Virus record (IMG/VR): IMGVR_UViG_3300028603_000021
Location: 126,019 to 190,018 of that record
From: a virus
Lineage: Duplodnaviria; Caudoviricetes
Length of the DNA: 64,000 nucleotides
Direction: 5' to 3' (one strand)
Part shown: piece after piece, positions 55,597-64,000 of the stretch
How positions within the stretch are numbered: the first letter of the stretch is position 1
Layout of the letters: every line of letters starts with the position of its first letter
Program-made: the position numbers and the translations under genes
Notes under the pieces: generated by a model
Databases searched by the model: none
What the model was told of the DNA's origin: nothing
The model's input: only the letters and a program-made list of their open reading frames with translations

Positions 55597-56430
55597 GTGC
55601 CTAACAACCAGACGCTCGCTGAGGAGATTCAAGCACTCATTGATGACGAGATGGAGGCTTACTCCGATTTTGAAGCCTACGCGCAGAGCCGTTATGCGAG
55701 GGGGAGTTTGGAGCGTTTCGCTGAGTCTGTGCTAGAAGCAGCCATGCGGCACAACGATACTGACCTTCTCGCCGAGCACGAACGTCTACAGGCCAGATAC
55801 GCGGAGCTACTCGAACAGGCGCTGACCGCAGACCTTGAAGCCAACACGTGGCAGGACAGGGCGGCAACGCGAGCAGGCACCGAGGTCAAGCTCCGGGAAG
55901 AAATCTCCCGCCTACGCGCCGTCATCCGAGAATGGTATGAGTCAAACCAGGCGTTAGATGCGTTTACTGACCCCCCGAGAGGTACCGCTCACACCCGCAG
56001 CTACCGCGACTGGCGCGATACGGAACGCCGAGCACTGGACGCAGAAGACGCCATTTCCCGTGTTGCACTAGAGAAAGAATATAATATGTTTCATAAAGAA
56101 AGCACCGTCACAACCCGCAAGACATATCAGTGCGAAGGGTGCGACGAGGACATTGAGTCCGGTGCCCCTGGAGAGGCTTTCGCTGGAGGGTCGCAGCGTG
56201 CTTTCGCGTGGGAAACTCAGCAAGAGGAGTTCAACAGGTTTCTGCTACGCGACAACACGGCGATGCGTAAAGCAGGAGGGAAACTAGCCACAGCCGCGCT
56301 GCACGTAGTGCACGAGTATGATGGTCTGCACCGTCTCATGCTCGCTGTCTCTGAGTGGTCACAGGTGGTTACTGGCGAAGGAGGCCGCGCTACTGAAAAA
56401 ACAGAGGCGGCGGTCAAGGCTTGGGGGTAG
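55597..56430 (+). CDS. Mosaic coiled-coil hypothetical protein
   Basis: GAGGAGG RBS; coiled coil, CxxC, HEYDGLHRL module. Confidence 0.55.
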   Translation: MPNNQTLAEEIQALIDDEMEAYSDFEAYAQSRYARGSLERFAESVLEAAMRHNDTDLLAEHERLQARYAELLEQALTADLEANTWQDRAATRAGTEVKLREEISRLRAVIREWYESNQALDAFTDPPRGTAHTRSYRDWRDTERRALDAEDAISRVALEKEYNMFHKESTVTTRKTYQCEGCDEDIESGAPGEAFAGGSQRAFAWETQQEEFNRFLLRDNTAMRKAGGKLATAALHVVHEYDGLHRLMLAVSEWSQVVTGEGGRATEKTEAAVKAWG

Positions 56431-56509
56431 ACTCCTCCGGGCACCGAGGAGTATAATGAGGGACATTCTGCCCCCTGTCATGAGGGGGTATTTTCATCTA
56501 GGAGGATGC

Positions 56510-59257
56510 ATGAAGGATTTCGTCAAGTTCCCCGACCAGATCATCGAGGACAGCATATTTTCAACGACTCTGGCAAGACAGAACTGGCAGAGCAAGTATC
56601 AGTACGACAACGAAACCCCGCTAGAGACATTCAAAAGGGTAGCGAAGGCACTAGCAAGCGTAGAAAAGGACTCTGACCTCTGGTACGGTAAGTTCCTAGA
56701 TATGATGGTCAAGACAGAGGAGATAGAGCCTGGTAAGTACAGAGCAGTAGGTCTGAAGAACACCTTTGGCGGCAGGATAACGGCGAACGCCGGTACTGAG
56801 TACAACGGTACTACACTCATGAACTGCTTCATAATGTTGCCTCCTCGTAACGCGACGGTTTCGTATACACACAGGTTCGAAGACGGAAGTAGCTACGATG
56901 TTTCTTATGATACTCAAGGAACACCAGACAACCTCAAGAACATCATGCTCACACTCCTAGAGCAAGCTGAGACACTGAAATCTGAGGGTGGTTACGGTAT
57001 CAACTTCGGTTTCATCCGTCCTAGGGGGTCTGTAGTGAACAGCCTTGGTATCAAGCACCCAGGAGTAGTCAGCTACATGGATATCTGGGACAAGGTAGCT
57101 GAGGTCATCGTCAAGGGAGACTCTGACGGCTACCAGGACATTCTTGAGAACTTCCTTGGTACTTCTAGCCAGGACGTAGCTCAGAAGATGAAGAAGCAGG
57201 CTAGGAAGGGCGCACAGATGGCCGTTCTACCTGTATGGCATCCTGACATAGAAGAGTTCGTCAAAGCTAAGCAAGAACCTGGTAGGCTTACCAAGTTCAA
57301 CCTCTCTGTCCTGATGGACGATTCCTTCCTAGAAGCAGTAGAGAACGATGAGATGTACGAGCTGTGGTTCCCGGTAGCAACCCCCTACACCTTCGATTTC
57401 CAGAGCAACACAGGCTTCGTAGACGTTGTAGACGGGAAGATGGCTTCAGGAACGGCGTATTCCATAGACAACCTCAGTGAGGCACATGCTTCGAAGGCAG
57501 ACTACTTCGTAGATCCCTATAACAGCGTGTGGGTGAAACGTATCTACAAGCTCGTCAAGGCACGCGACCTGTATGATCTGATCATGACGTCTACCTACAA
57601 CAGAGCAGAGCCTGGTGTGCTGTTCTATGACAGTATGCAGAAGAACAACCCGATATCATACATAAGTGAAGTTACAGGAACAAATCCTTGTGGTGAGGTG
57701 CCTGGTTTCCTAACAGTATGCTTGTTAGGTAATATCAACCTTACTCAGTATGTGAAACTAGACAGAACATTCGACTGGGAAGAGTACGTATCTGATGTGC
57801 ACACATTCGCACGCGCCCTAGACAACGTGAACGACATCACCAAGAACAGCTTGCCTCAGTATGATTGGGCTACAGAGAACATCCGACAGTACGGGTTGGG
57901 CATCAACGGTCTCGGATCAGCACTGATAATGATGGGTATGCCCTTTGGTTCTGAAGAAGCCAAGGCCTTCACAGAGAGAGTCACATGGTTGAAGGAAGAC
58001 ATCACTTGGAAAGCCTCAGCTCTCTTGGCAGAAGAGAAGGGAGCCTTCCCAGGCTTCAGCGAGAAGTTCTTCGACACCTACTGGTTCAGAGAGTTCACCA
58101 ACATCTCGGATGAAACGAAAGCCCTCCTGAGGAAGCACGGAGCACGCAACGGCAAGACTACTACAAACGCCCCCAACGGAAATACAAGCATCATCTGTGA
58201 CGTTACCTCTAACGGCATCGAACCCGTCTTTATGCTGGAGTACAACCGTACTTACATCGCAGACAAGTGGCCTGAAGGAATGACCAAGGACAACATCACC
58301 GAGCTTCTAGAAGAGAGCAGCGCTGGGGGAGCGGTTGTCTACGAAGGAGAGTACGCAGGGCAGCACTACTACTACGAGCCCCACAACAGGGGTCTGTGCA
58401 TCGTTGAGAAGGTCAGAGATTACGGCTACAGCTGGGTGCTTGCCAACTACCCAGAAGACGTTTCTGGAAATTACCTGAGCACCACAGAGACGCTCAGCGT
58501 GCAAGACCATGTAGACTCTCAAGCTATCGTACAGAGGAACACGAACCAGTCGGTTTCCAAGACAGCCAACCTTCCTGCTGGCTACGATTTCGAAGACTTC
58601 AAGCAGCTCTACCTAGACGCTTGGAAGAAGGGCTTGAACGGCCTGACTACCTATGTAGCGGGTTCCATGGAATCTGTGCTCTCCAAGGTCGAAGACACCA
58701 AGGAAGAGGTAAGCCTAGACAACGTGCTGAAGGACGGTGTGGTACTGCCTGAGACCTTTGTCAACGGAGACACAACGGTTATCAAGCGTGAGGACTCTAA
58801 GTTCTACATCCACTTCAGCTACCACCCAGAAGACGTGTCTCACACTATGCCTGTGGCTATGTGGATCTCCAGCAACAACACAACTCCACTGAGGCAGGTG
58901 AACGGCGCTGTGAAAGAGGTAATCACCCTGCTAGAGAAGGCAGGCATCAACCCAGACCTGATACAGACGACTCTAGAGAAGATCAAGAACGACAAGGACA
59001 ACGACAGGCTTGCTAGGGCTATATCTATGGCTCTGAGGCATAACGTGCCTATCCCTTACATCGTAGACGCCCTTAACCGTGTTGATGATGTCTATGTATC
59101 TGACTTGCTCTTTGCAGCCCGGAAATTCCTCTCTTCTCATGTGGAAGATGGCACAGCTGTCTTAGGGGAGACGTGCTCAGAGTGTGGCAGCGACCAGATA
59201 ATCTTCGAATCAGGCTGCACCAAATGTCTCTCGTGTGGAGCCAGTAACTGTTCGTAA
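56510..59257 (+). CDS. nrdJ: Ribonucleotide reductase class II (adenosylcobalamin-dependent)
   Basis: TLMNCF, EGGYGINF, AEPGVLF, TNPCGE, VCLLGNINL, C-terminal CSECG...GCTKCLSCG; no nrdB nearby; AGGAGG RBS before the ATG at 56510. Confidence 0.85.
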   Translation: MKDFVKFPDQIIEDSIFSTTLARQNWQSKYQYDNETPLETFKRVAKALASVEKDSDLWYGKFLDMMVKTEEIEPGKYRAVGLKNTFGGRITANAGTEYNGTTLMNCFIMLPPRNATVSYTHRFEDGSSYDVSYDTQGTPDNLKNIMLTLLEQAETLKSEGGYGINFGFIRPRGSVVNSLGIKHPGVVSYMDIWDKVAEVIVKGDSDGYQDILENFLGTSSQDVAQKMKKQARKGAQMAVLPVWHPDIEEFVKAKQEPGRLTKFNLSVLMDDSFLEAVENDEMYELWFPVATPYTFDFQSNTGFVDVVDGKMASGTAYSIDNLSEAHASKADYFVDPYNSVWVKRIYKLVKARDLYDLIMTSTYNRAEPGVLFYDSMQKNNPISYISEVTGTNPCGEVPGFLTVCLLGNINLTQYVKLDRTFDWEEYVSDVHTFARALDNVNDITKNSLPQYDWATENIRQYGLGINGLGSALIMMGMPFGSEEAKAFTERVTWLKEDITWKASALLAEEKGAFPGFSEKFFDTYWFREFTNISDETKALLRKHGARNGKTTTNAPNGNTSIICDVTSNGIEPVFMLEYNRTYIADKWPEGMTKDNITELLEESSAGGAVVYEGEYAGQHYYYEPHNRGLCIVEKVRDYGYSWVLANYPEDVSGNYLSTTETLSVQDHVDSQAIVQRNTNQSVSKTANLPAGYDFEDFKQLYLDAWKKGLNGLTTYVAGSMESVLSKVEDTKEEVSLDNVLKDGVVLPETFVNGDTTVIKREDSKFYIHFSYHPEDVSHTMPVAMWISSNNTTPLRQVNGAVKEVITLLEKAGINPDLIQTTLEKIKNDKDNDRLARAISMALRHNVPIPYIVDALNRVDDVYVSDLLFAARKFLSSHVEDGTAVLGETCSECGSDQIIFESGCTKCLSCGASNCS

Positions 59258-59280
59258 TACTGTTACGAAAGGAGTAATAC

Positions 59281-59481
59281 ATGTATACTTTAGTACTATC
59301 ACTTATCATATCCTATGCCATAACAGCTGTAGTCGTGTTCTTTGACTCGCACCGTAAGCTAGTCAGAGAGTCTGTCCACGAGGAGACGTTATCGCCCCCT
59401 ATGATAACAACAGCAGCGAAAGTCATAGCATCAGTGATAGGGGCTGTTGTATGGCCTCTGCTCCTATGGAGGAGTAGATGA
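59281..59481 (+). CDS. Small two-TM membrane protein
   Basis: Hydrophobic, VVWP motif; AAGGAG RBS. Confidence 0.55.
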   Translation: MYTLVLSLIISYAITAVVVFFDSHRKLVRESVHEETLSPPMITTAAKVIASVIGAVVWPLLLWRSR

Positions 59482-59672
59482 TCACCATCTTGGCGGTTAT
59501 CTATGCAGCCATTGCTATCTACCTGTACGTGTACCTGGTAACTGTAACCTCAGACTTGGTAGGTGACAGCATGCTAGAGATCATACGTGCTCATGCTACC
59601 TACATCGCCTACTCTGTTGTATGGCCTGTCTATATGCTGGTGTCGGCAGCAGAAAAACACGGAGAAGAATGA
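59478..59672 (+). CDS. Small two-TM membrane protein (paralog-like of the previous gene)
   Basis: VVWP motif; ATGA overlaps. Confidence 0.55.
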   Translation: MITILAVIYAAIAIYLYVYLVTVTSDLVGDSMLEIIRAHATYIAYSVVWPVYMLVSAAEKHGEE

Positions 59673-60139
59673 TAGTAGCTGGCACAGGACACAGACCTGA
59701 CAGGCTGACAGCCTTCGGTGAGCCGTATACCACAGACCAGCACAACGCTCTGAAGTGGTACATAGGCGCTTGGCTCGTAGAAAACGAAGCCACACAGGTT
59801 ATCAGCGGCATGGCTCTTGGTTTCGATCAGGCTCTAGCTGCTGCTGCTATGAACAACCACATACCCTTTGTAGCTGCTGTGCCCTTCAAGGGGCAAGAAG
59901 AGAGGTGGAACCTGCAAGCTAAGGACTACTACAGCAGGCTCTTGGATGCAGCAGAAGAAGTTGTCTATGTAAGCCCTCCTGGGTATGCAGCCTGGAAGAT
60001 GCACGCTAGGAACAAGTGGATGGTAGACAAATGCGATCTGGTGCTTGCTCTCTACGACGGAAGCAGCAGGGGAGGAACCTATGACTGTGTTAGGTATGCA
60101 AACAACAAAGGAAAGCAGGTAATCAACATCTGGAAGTAG
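59669..60139 (+). CDS. SLOG superfamily YspA/DUF1273 protein
   Basis: GTGHRP, ISGMALGFDQ, RNKWMVD, YDGSSRGGTYDCVRYA. Confidence 0.85.
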   Translation: MIVAGTGHRPDRLTAFGEPYTTDQHNALKWYIGAWLVENEATQVISGMALGFDQALAAAAMNNHIPFVAAVPFKGQEERWNLQAKDYYSRLLDAAEEVVYVSPPGYAAWKMHARNKWMVDKCDLVLALYDGSSRGGTYDCVRYANNKGKQVINIWK

Positions 60140-60156
60140 TTTTAGGCAACAAAACA

Positions 60157-60203
60157 CGAGAAACCCCGTCCTAGACGGGGTTTTTAGCATAGTTTTTCGC
60201 GGC
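60157..60203 (-). ncRNA. Putative small RNA core, copy 1
   Basis: Conserved 47-nt core directly downstream of TTGACA(60245)-17-TATGAT; no ORF. Confidence 0.55.
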
Positions 60204-60320
60204 AAGCCGCTACCTTATCATACCATGCTGTAATCACCTTGTCAAGCCCTTGCGGGTACCCTCAGAGCCGCCTTTCAGTTCTAGCAGTAAACCCTAGGGG
60301 TGTTTTCAGCTCACAAAACA

Positions 60321-60367
60321 CGAGAAACACCGTCTAGGACGGTGTTCCTGATCAAGCTTTTCGCGGC
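60321..60367 (-). ncRNA. Putative small RNA core, copy 2
   Basis: Same core downstream of TTGACA(60410)-17-TATAAT; compensatory stem change relative to copy 1. Confidence 0.55.
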
Positions 60368-60466
60368 CCGCTCTTTGGTCCATTATACCATATCAGAAAC
60401 CTGTTGTCAAGGGCTTAGGGGACTCTCCTGCAACCTAACTGGTATGCAGAAGAATCCCTAGGGGTA

Positions 60467-60655
60467 CTACCTTAGTTGGTGAACTAGTAGTTCCTTACCT
60501 GACGCAGTTACCATAAGTACGTCAGCCTCGGTTATGGTAACTCTAACGTGTGGAAGGAGCCCTGCCACCTTCAGAACCTGGTAGTACAGGCTCTTTCCGA
60601 TAGCCTTGCGCATCGTTTCCCCGGAAACCGGGGTGTTGTGTATGTAGTAGTTCAC
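60467..60655 (-). CDS. Small early hypothetical protein
   Basis: GGAGG RBS before the GTG at 60655. Confidence 0.5.
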   Translation of the reverse strand: MNYYIHNTPVSGETMRKAIGKSLYYQVLKVAGLLPHVRVTITEADVLMVTASGKELLVHQLR

Positions 60656-60814
60656 TCTTCCTCCTAGTCCTGGTAGATGGCGATAGGGTGCGAGAGGGTT
60701 TCGGTGTCTTTGAGAGTCATGAGCCATACCATGTGAGCCTCTTTCTAGGGATCGCACTTCCTCTGTTACCAGCTTATCATGAGACTGTCTAGACTGTCAA
60801 ACGCGCCCCTCCCC

Positions 60815-61021
60815 CTAGGGCACTACCTCGCTTATCGTAGAGAGGGCAAACGCGAAGCTTTCCAGGGCACGCCGTTCGGTCGTGTGCTCGGATGTTGTGA
60901 CCTCGGAGGGTGTCTCTGTCACAACGCGATACGCCTGCATCTGGGAGAAATCTTGGAGGAGCGTGATTGTCGTGTGCCTCTCCTCCTCCAGGTAAAAAAC
61001 GACTCGTCTGAGTTCCAGCAT
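60815..61021 (-). CDS. Small early hypothetical protein
   Basis: ORF between a promoter and a hairpin. Confidence 0.5.
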   Translation of the reverse strand: MLELRRVVFYLEEERHTTITLLQDFSQMQAYRVVTETPSEVTTSEHTTERRALESFAFALSTISEVVP

Positions 61022-61155
61022 GATGATACCCTGCCTTTCTTTTTGGGATAGATTGCCTGATACCAGCTTACGCTCCGAGCAGCCGTTTCGTCAACCGATC
61101 CTGGAACTGCCTGTGCGACACAAAAGCGCCCCTCCCCCAAAGGGCACACATGATT

Positions 61156-61356
61156 CTAGTACCGGATTGCCTCCCGGATTGCCTTTGCCTGCTCCCGAGA
61201 GACCCGGAGCGTGGTAGCCCCGTACAGGTCTAGCTCTAGAGCGCGAAGGTCTAGGAGTCGGATAAGCTGTGAGGCACGCATTGTGCCTCTCAGCAAAGGG
61301 CGTGTGACCGTAAATGTATCGGTCGCACGCAGGTACCGGAACGTGAAACGCATCAC
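61156..61356 (-). CDS. Small early hypothetical protein
   Basis: AGGAGG RBS. Confidence 0.55.
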   Translation of the reverse strand: MMRFTFRYLRATDTFTVTRPLLRGTMRASQLIRLLDLRALELDLYGATTLRVSREQAKAIREAIRY

Positions 61357-61436
61357 TTACCTCCTACTCCCCCTGGTACCATCGTATCGTACTTCCTAGC
61401 TAAGTGCAAGGAAGGGGCGGTTTCCCGCCCCCGTCC

Positions 61437-61799
61437 TCACCCTCGGAAGTACCGGCTCCGGTTTAGACTCCTGTGCGTGTCGTTCGCACGGTTTGCCCAA
61501 ACCGTCTTCACGAGGTTCCGCCCTGGTATGACTACCAGAACAAGGTGGTACCGGCTATCTTGCCGGTACTCCGTGCGGAGAACGACCTTTGACAGCTTAC
61601 CGCTATCATCGGTTTCGGCTTCGACCACTTCGCAGTCTGAGACTTTGATGTAGTCAGGAAGGACAATGTTCCTAAGAACACGGTCACTCACGGACGCTTC
61701 CAGCGCGTGCCGAGAGTACGTCAGCCGCAAGACGCGGCCTATCGCTGCTACTGCGCCGGTAAGAGTTTCCGGCCAGTAGACTTCCGGATGGTAGAGCAT
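61437..61799 (-). CDS. Conserved phage protein (YSRHA...VKTVWAN..DTH)
   Basis: Own promoter and downstream hairpin; function not assigned. Confidence 0.6.
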   Translation of the reverse strand: MLYHPEVYWPETLTGAVAAIGRVLRLTYSRHALEASVSDRVLRNIVLPDYIKVSDCEVVEAETDDSGKLSKVVLRTEYRQDSRYHLVLVVIPGRNLVKTVWANRANDTHRSLNRSRYFRG

Positions 61800-61938
61800 G
61801 TTCTGCCCTTTCTAGGGGTAGCCTCCCCTGCTACCATGTTACCAGGTGGCCTGTCCAGCTGTCAAACCGGGCAGGCCGTTCCTGCTAGAGCGTTGGGGGG
61901 GGGGCGGCTCCCATAGTGGGCGGTTCAACGAAGGGCGC

Positions 61939-62265
61939 TCACGGCTGCCCCCCCCCGGACGCGGCGAGGGCATGCAGGTGCCTCTCTGCGCGGCTAAGTC
62001 GCGCAAGTGCCTCCGACCGCTCCCCGATTGCCGCTCTCAGTTCTGCCGCCTCGTCACGCGGGGCAACTCGGCGCTTCGGCATCGCGTCGTTAGCTGCCTC
62101 CCACGGCGTGCTGCCCGTGCCGCAGCGGGCGGGGGAGTCCTCATCCATGGGCATGACGACGTACATACCGGCATACATGCCGGAGAGGTCGTAGCCAAGC
62201 CAGTACTCGTACTCCCCTAGACGCCGGACGAGTTCTGTCAGCGTTAGGGGTTCGGGGGCGGTCAC
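61939..62265 (-). CDS. Displaced cassette gene carrying repeats A and B
   Basis: RDEAAELRAA...LARLSRAERHLHALAASGGGQP. Confidence 0.7.
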   Translation of the reverse strand: MTAPEPLTLTELVRRLGEYEYWLGYDLSGMYAGMYVVMPMDEDSPARCGTGSTPWEAANDAMPKRRVAPRDEAAELRAAIGERSEALARLSRAERHLHALAASGGGQP

Positions 62266-62339
62266 GGCTGCCCCTCGGACGCGGCGAGGCGGCGCACGTT
62301 CTCACGTGCAGAGATGAATCGCGTGATACGTTCCAGCAT
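62262..62339 (-). CDS. 25-aa ORF ending in repeat B
   Basis: MLERITRFISARENVRRLAASEGQP; AGGAGG RBS. Confidence 0.55.
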   Translation of the reverse strand: MLERITRFISARENVRRLAASEGQP

Positions 62340-62408
62340 GTGCTTCCTCCTAAGATAAGTGTTGCACAGGTAGCCCCGGGCTGTCAAACCTCCCGGGGCT
62401 GTGAGCGG

Positions 62409-62570
62409 TTAGTAGAAATCTAGGAGTTCCTCCTCAGCAGCGGCGTTCTCTATCAACGCATCGGTGTGGCAGACAACGCACAGCACATCCGCCGGGTTAA
62501 CCTCATACCGGACGTCCCCCTCCCAAAACAGGGCTCCGCAGTCTACACATTCATGTAGTGTGTCGTTCAT
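62409..62570 (-). CDS. 53-aa zinc-finger protein
   Basis: Manual translation with CVDC...CVVC; AGGAGG RBS. Confidence 0.55.
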   Translation of the reverse strand: MNDTLHECVDCGALFWEGDVRYEVNPADVLCVVCHTDALIENAAAEEELLDFY

Positions 62571-62606
62571 GCCTTACCTCCTGATTCTATCGTCGCACAG
62601 AAACGC

Positions 62607-62834
62607 TTACCTGTCAAACATCCTGATAAGGTTACTCTCACAAGCCGCAAGGTGCAGCTCTGCATCTGTATGGTCTGTCCCGTAAGCATTACTCAGGTCT
62701 AAGTCAAAACCCTCCAAGGCAGTCATAGCGTCTGCCCAATCACGAAGCGCTACTAGCGCCTTGTTGTCTTTCCCTAGTAGCAGTGTAAGTGCAGTTATTG
62801 CCTCATGTAGCTGCATATTTATCCTTTCATCCAA
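62607..62834 (-). CDS. Small early hypothetical protein
   Basis: ORF in the early cluster; start may be at MQLHE. Confidence 0.5.
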   Translation of the reverse strand: MDERINMQLHEAITALTLLLGKDNKALVALRDWADAMTALEGFDLDLSNAYGTDHTDAELHLAACESNLIRMFDR

Positions 62835-62956
62835 ACGTCAAAGACTCCGCCGTGTACCCTCCGGAGCACCCTGCATGTAGCCCAAGCCTGTGACTCGTTA
62901 GCGAAGACACCCCATGTAACTACCCTACCGGGTAAAACCCTTACTACTCGGAACAT
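62819..62956 (-). CDS. 45-aa early hypothetical protein
   Basis: AGGAGG RBS and its own promoter place the start at 62956, not 63106. Confidence 0.55.
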   Translation of the reverse strand: MFRVVRVLPGRVVTWGVFANESQAWATCRVLRRVHGGVFDVWMKG

Positions 62957-63017
62957 CGTTACCTCCTGGTACCAGTCTATCACGTACCGATCGTCTGTCA
63001 AACTTCGGAACGAAGAG

Positions 63018-63064
63018 CGAGAAACATCGTCCAGGACGGGGTTTCTAGCAAACGGTTTCGCGGC
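63018..63064 (-). ncRNA. Putative small RNA core, copy 3
   Basis: Same 47-nt core downstream of TTGACA(63106)-17-TATGAT. Confidence 0.5.
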
Positions 63065-63162
63065 CCACTCCCCCTTTATCATACCATACCGGGCTCTAGC
63101 TGTCAAGTGGGTGTAGGATTCCGCCCCGTGCCGTATCGGTACAGGGCGGAAACCCTAGGGGT

Positions 63163-63462
63163 TTAGTCTATGTGCGTCCAAACATACCCGCCGAAGTCAG
63201 GTACTTGCTTCGCAACCTCCTTTACGTATTCGTTGCACAGTGCGGCTTTATAGTCCATGGACTGCGACAGAACAGGGAACCGGAGCCGCATACCAGTACC
63301 GCTGTATACCTTGGTGATGATACCGGCTCTTGCAAGTGCCCGGGCGTACTTAGTGTTGCCGGGCATTCTAACCTCAGCAAAACCGCAGGGGTACCAGCCG
63401 AACTCACTCGGATGTACCGTGTCTAAAGCGTGTCGGACGGCGGCCTCATGTATCTTACGCAT
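63163..63462 (-). CDS. Conserved phage hypothetical protein (PCGFA...QSMDYK)
   Basis: Recognisable phage motif; own upstream promoter. Confidence 0.6.
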   Translation of the reverse strand: MRKIHEAAVRHALDTVHPSEFGWYPCGFAEVRMPGNTKYARALARAGIITKVYSGTGMRLRFPVLSQSMDYKAALCNEYVKEVAKQVPDFGGYVWTHID

Positions 63463-63613
63463 CTTGTCCTACCCTTCTGGTAGCCCGGTTATCGCCCTGT
63501 ACCGGCGTCAGCAGCAGCGTGAGGGTTACACACCGGGCTCCTACCTACATGTTACCGGGGATCGTCCCGGCTGTCAAACTGGCGTGCCACCTAGAGCAAG
63601 GTGGCACATCCGG

Positions 63614-63889
63614 TCAGATGCCGTGCTTGCGGCAATACTCTTGCACGCGCAGGCTCTCGTCGCGAAGGTATGCACGGTGACGGCACTCACGTTCCCAAGC
63701 CGGGAACGTTTCGTCCCAACGCACGCGGTCTACGGCGGCGTCGTGCTGCGCCTCCGCCTGGTAGCGGTGGTAGCAGAACGCTACGACTTCGCTGTCGTAG
63801 TCGCGCATGACGGCGGTTTCGTACCCGCCGGTCGTGAGTTGCACGGTGCTCACCCGTGCGAACTCGGTTTCGGTGCTCAGGCGAAACAT
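63614..63889 (-). CDS. Early hypothetical protein
   Basis: AAGGAGG RBS before MFRLSTE; RVSTV...YETAV motif. Confidence 0.5.
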   Translation of the reverse strand: MFRLSTETEFARVSTVQLTTGGYETAVMRDYDSEVVAFCYHRYQAEAQHDAAVDRVRWDETFPAWERECRHRAYLRDESLRVQEYCRKHGI

Positions 63890-64000
63890 ACTGCCTCCTT
63901 GGTGCCCCCGTCCGGGGCGGCCTGTAACAATCATGACATGGATTCGATCGGATTGCAAGGGGGGGGGGGGAACCGCCCCCCCCCCCCCCGCCCCGATGTA

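Larger units (their letters stand above)
60771..63577 (-). promoter_or_regulatory. Series of host sigma70-type early promoters
   Basis: TTGACA at 60800, 61865, 63001, 63106 and 63577, each with a TAnnnT -10 element 16-18 nt downstream. Confidence 0.7.

Noticed and set aside
60180-60200. Resemblance of sRNA copy 1 (CUAUGCU) to a Cas9 repeat
   Set aside because: Only 7 nt and not conserved in copies 2 and 3.
63958-63995. Poly-G/poly-C run as a functional hairpin or G-quadruplex
   Set aside because: At the window edge, and homopolymer lengths are error-prone; cannot be supported.
1-64000. tRNA genes, terminase, integrase, alternative genetic code
   Set aside because: No cloverleafs or corresponding protein motifs recognised by eye; long ORFs are intact under the standard code and all three stop codons are used.

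Overview
A 64 kb segment of a large tailed dsDNA phage genome (about 50% GC by eye, with GC-richer islands at ~52.8-56.4 kb and ~61.4-64 kb). The head module is split into two divergent arms. The left arm (minus strand) holds the major capsid protein (truncated by the window edge), a prohead protease/scaffold, several very large putative head-cargo proteins (including an SNF2-like helicase) and a fiber/depolymerase set. The right arm (plus strand) holds the portal, cargo-like proteins (PD-(D/E)xK nuclease-like, HExxH peptidase, CCA-adding enzyme) and tail fibers. Between the arms lie a complete IS200/IS605 element (tnpA/tnpB, both ends identifiable) and a family A DNA polymerase split by a group I intron encoding an HNH endonuclease. 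Further right are putative counter-defence and accessory genes (2H phosphoesterase, DarG-like macrodomain, M15 endolysin, Hsp20-like), class II RNR and an early region dense in sigma70 promoters. The main unexplained structures are: (1) three fixed-geometry modules of upstream box + sigma70 promoter + 47-nt conserved non-coding core; (2) an array of overlapping genes built from variable halves joined by two conserved repeats; (3) an unannotated 53-aa mimic of the capsid protein N-terminus; (4) a shared N-terminal 'VPxG...W' module on four unrelated proteins including the CCA enzyme; (5) a phage-specific CTCA-N13-TAnnnT promoter class. All functional calls rest on motif recognition by eye; no database searches were run.
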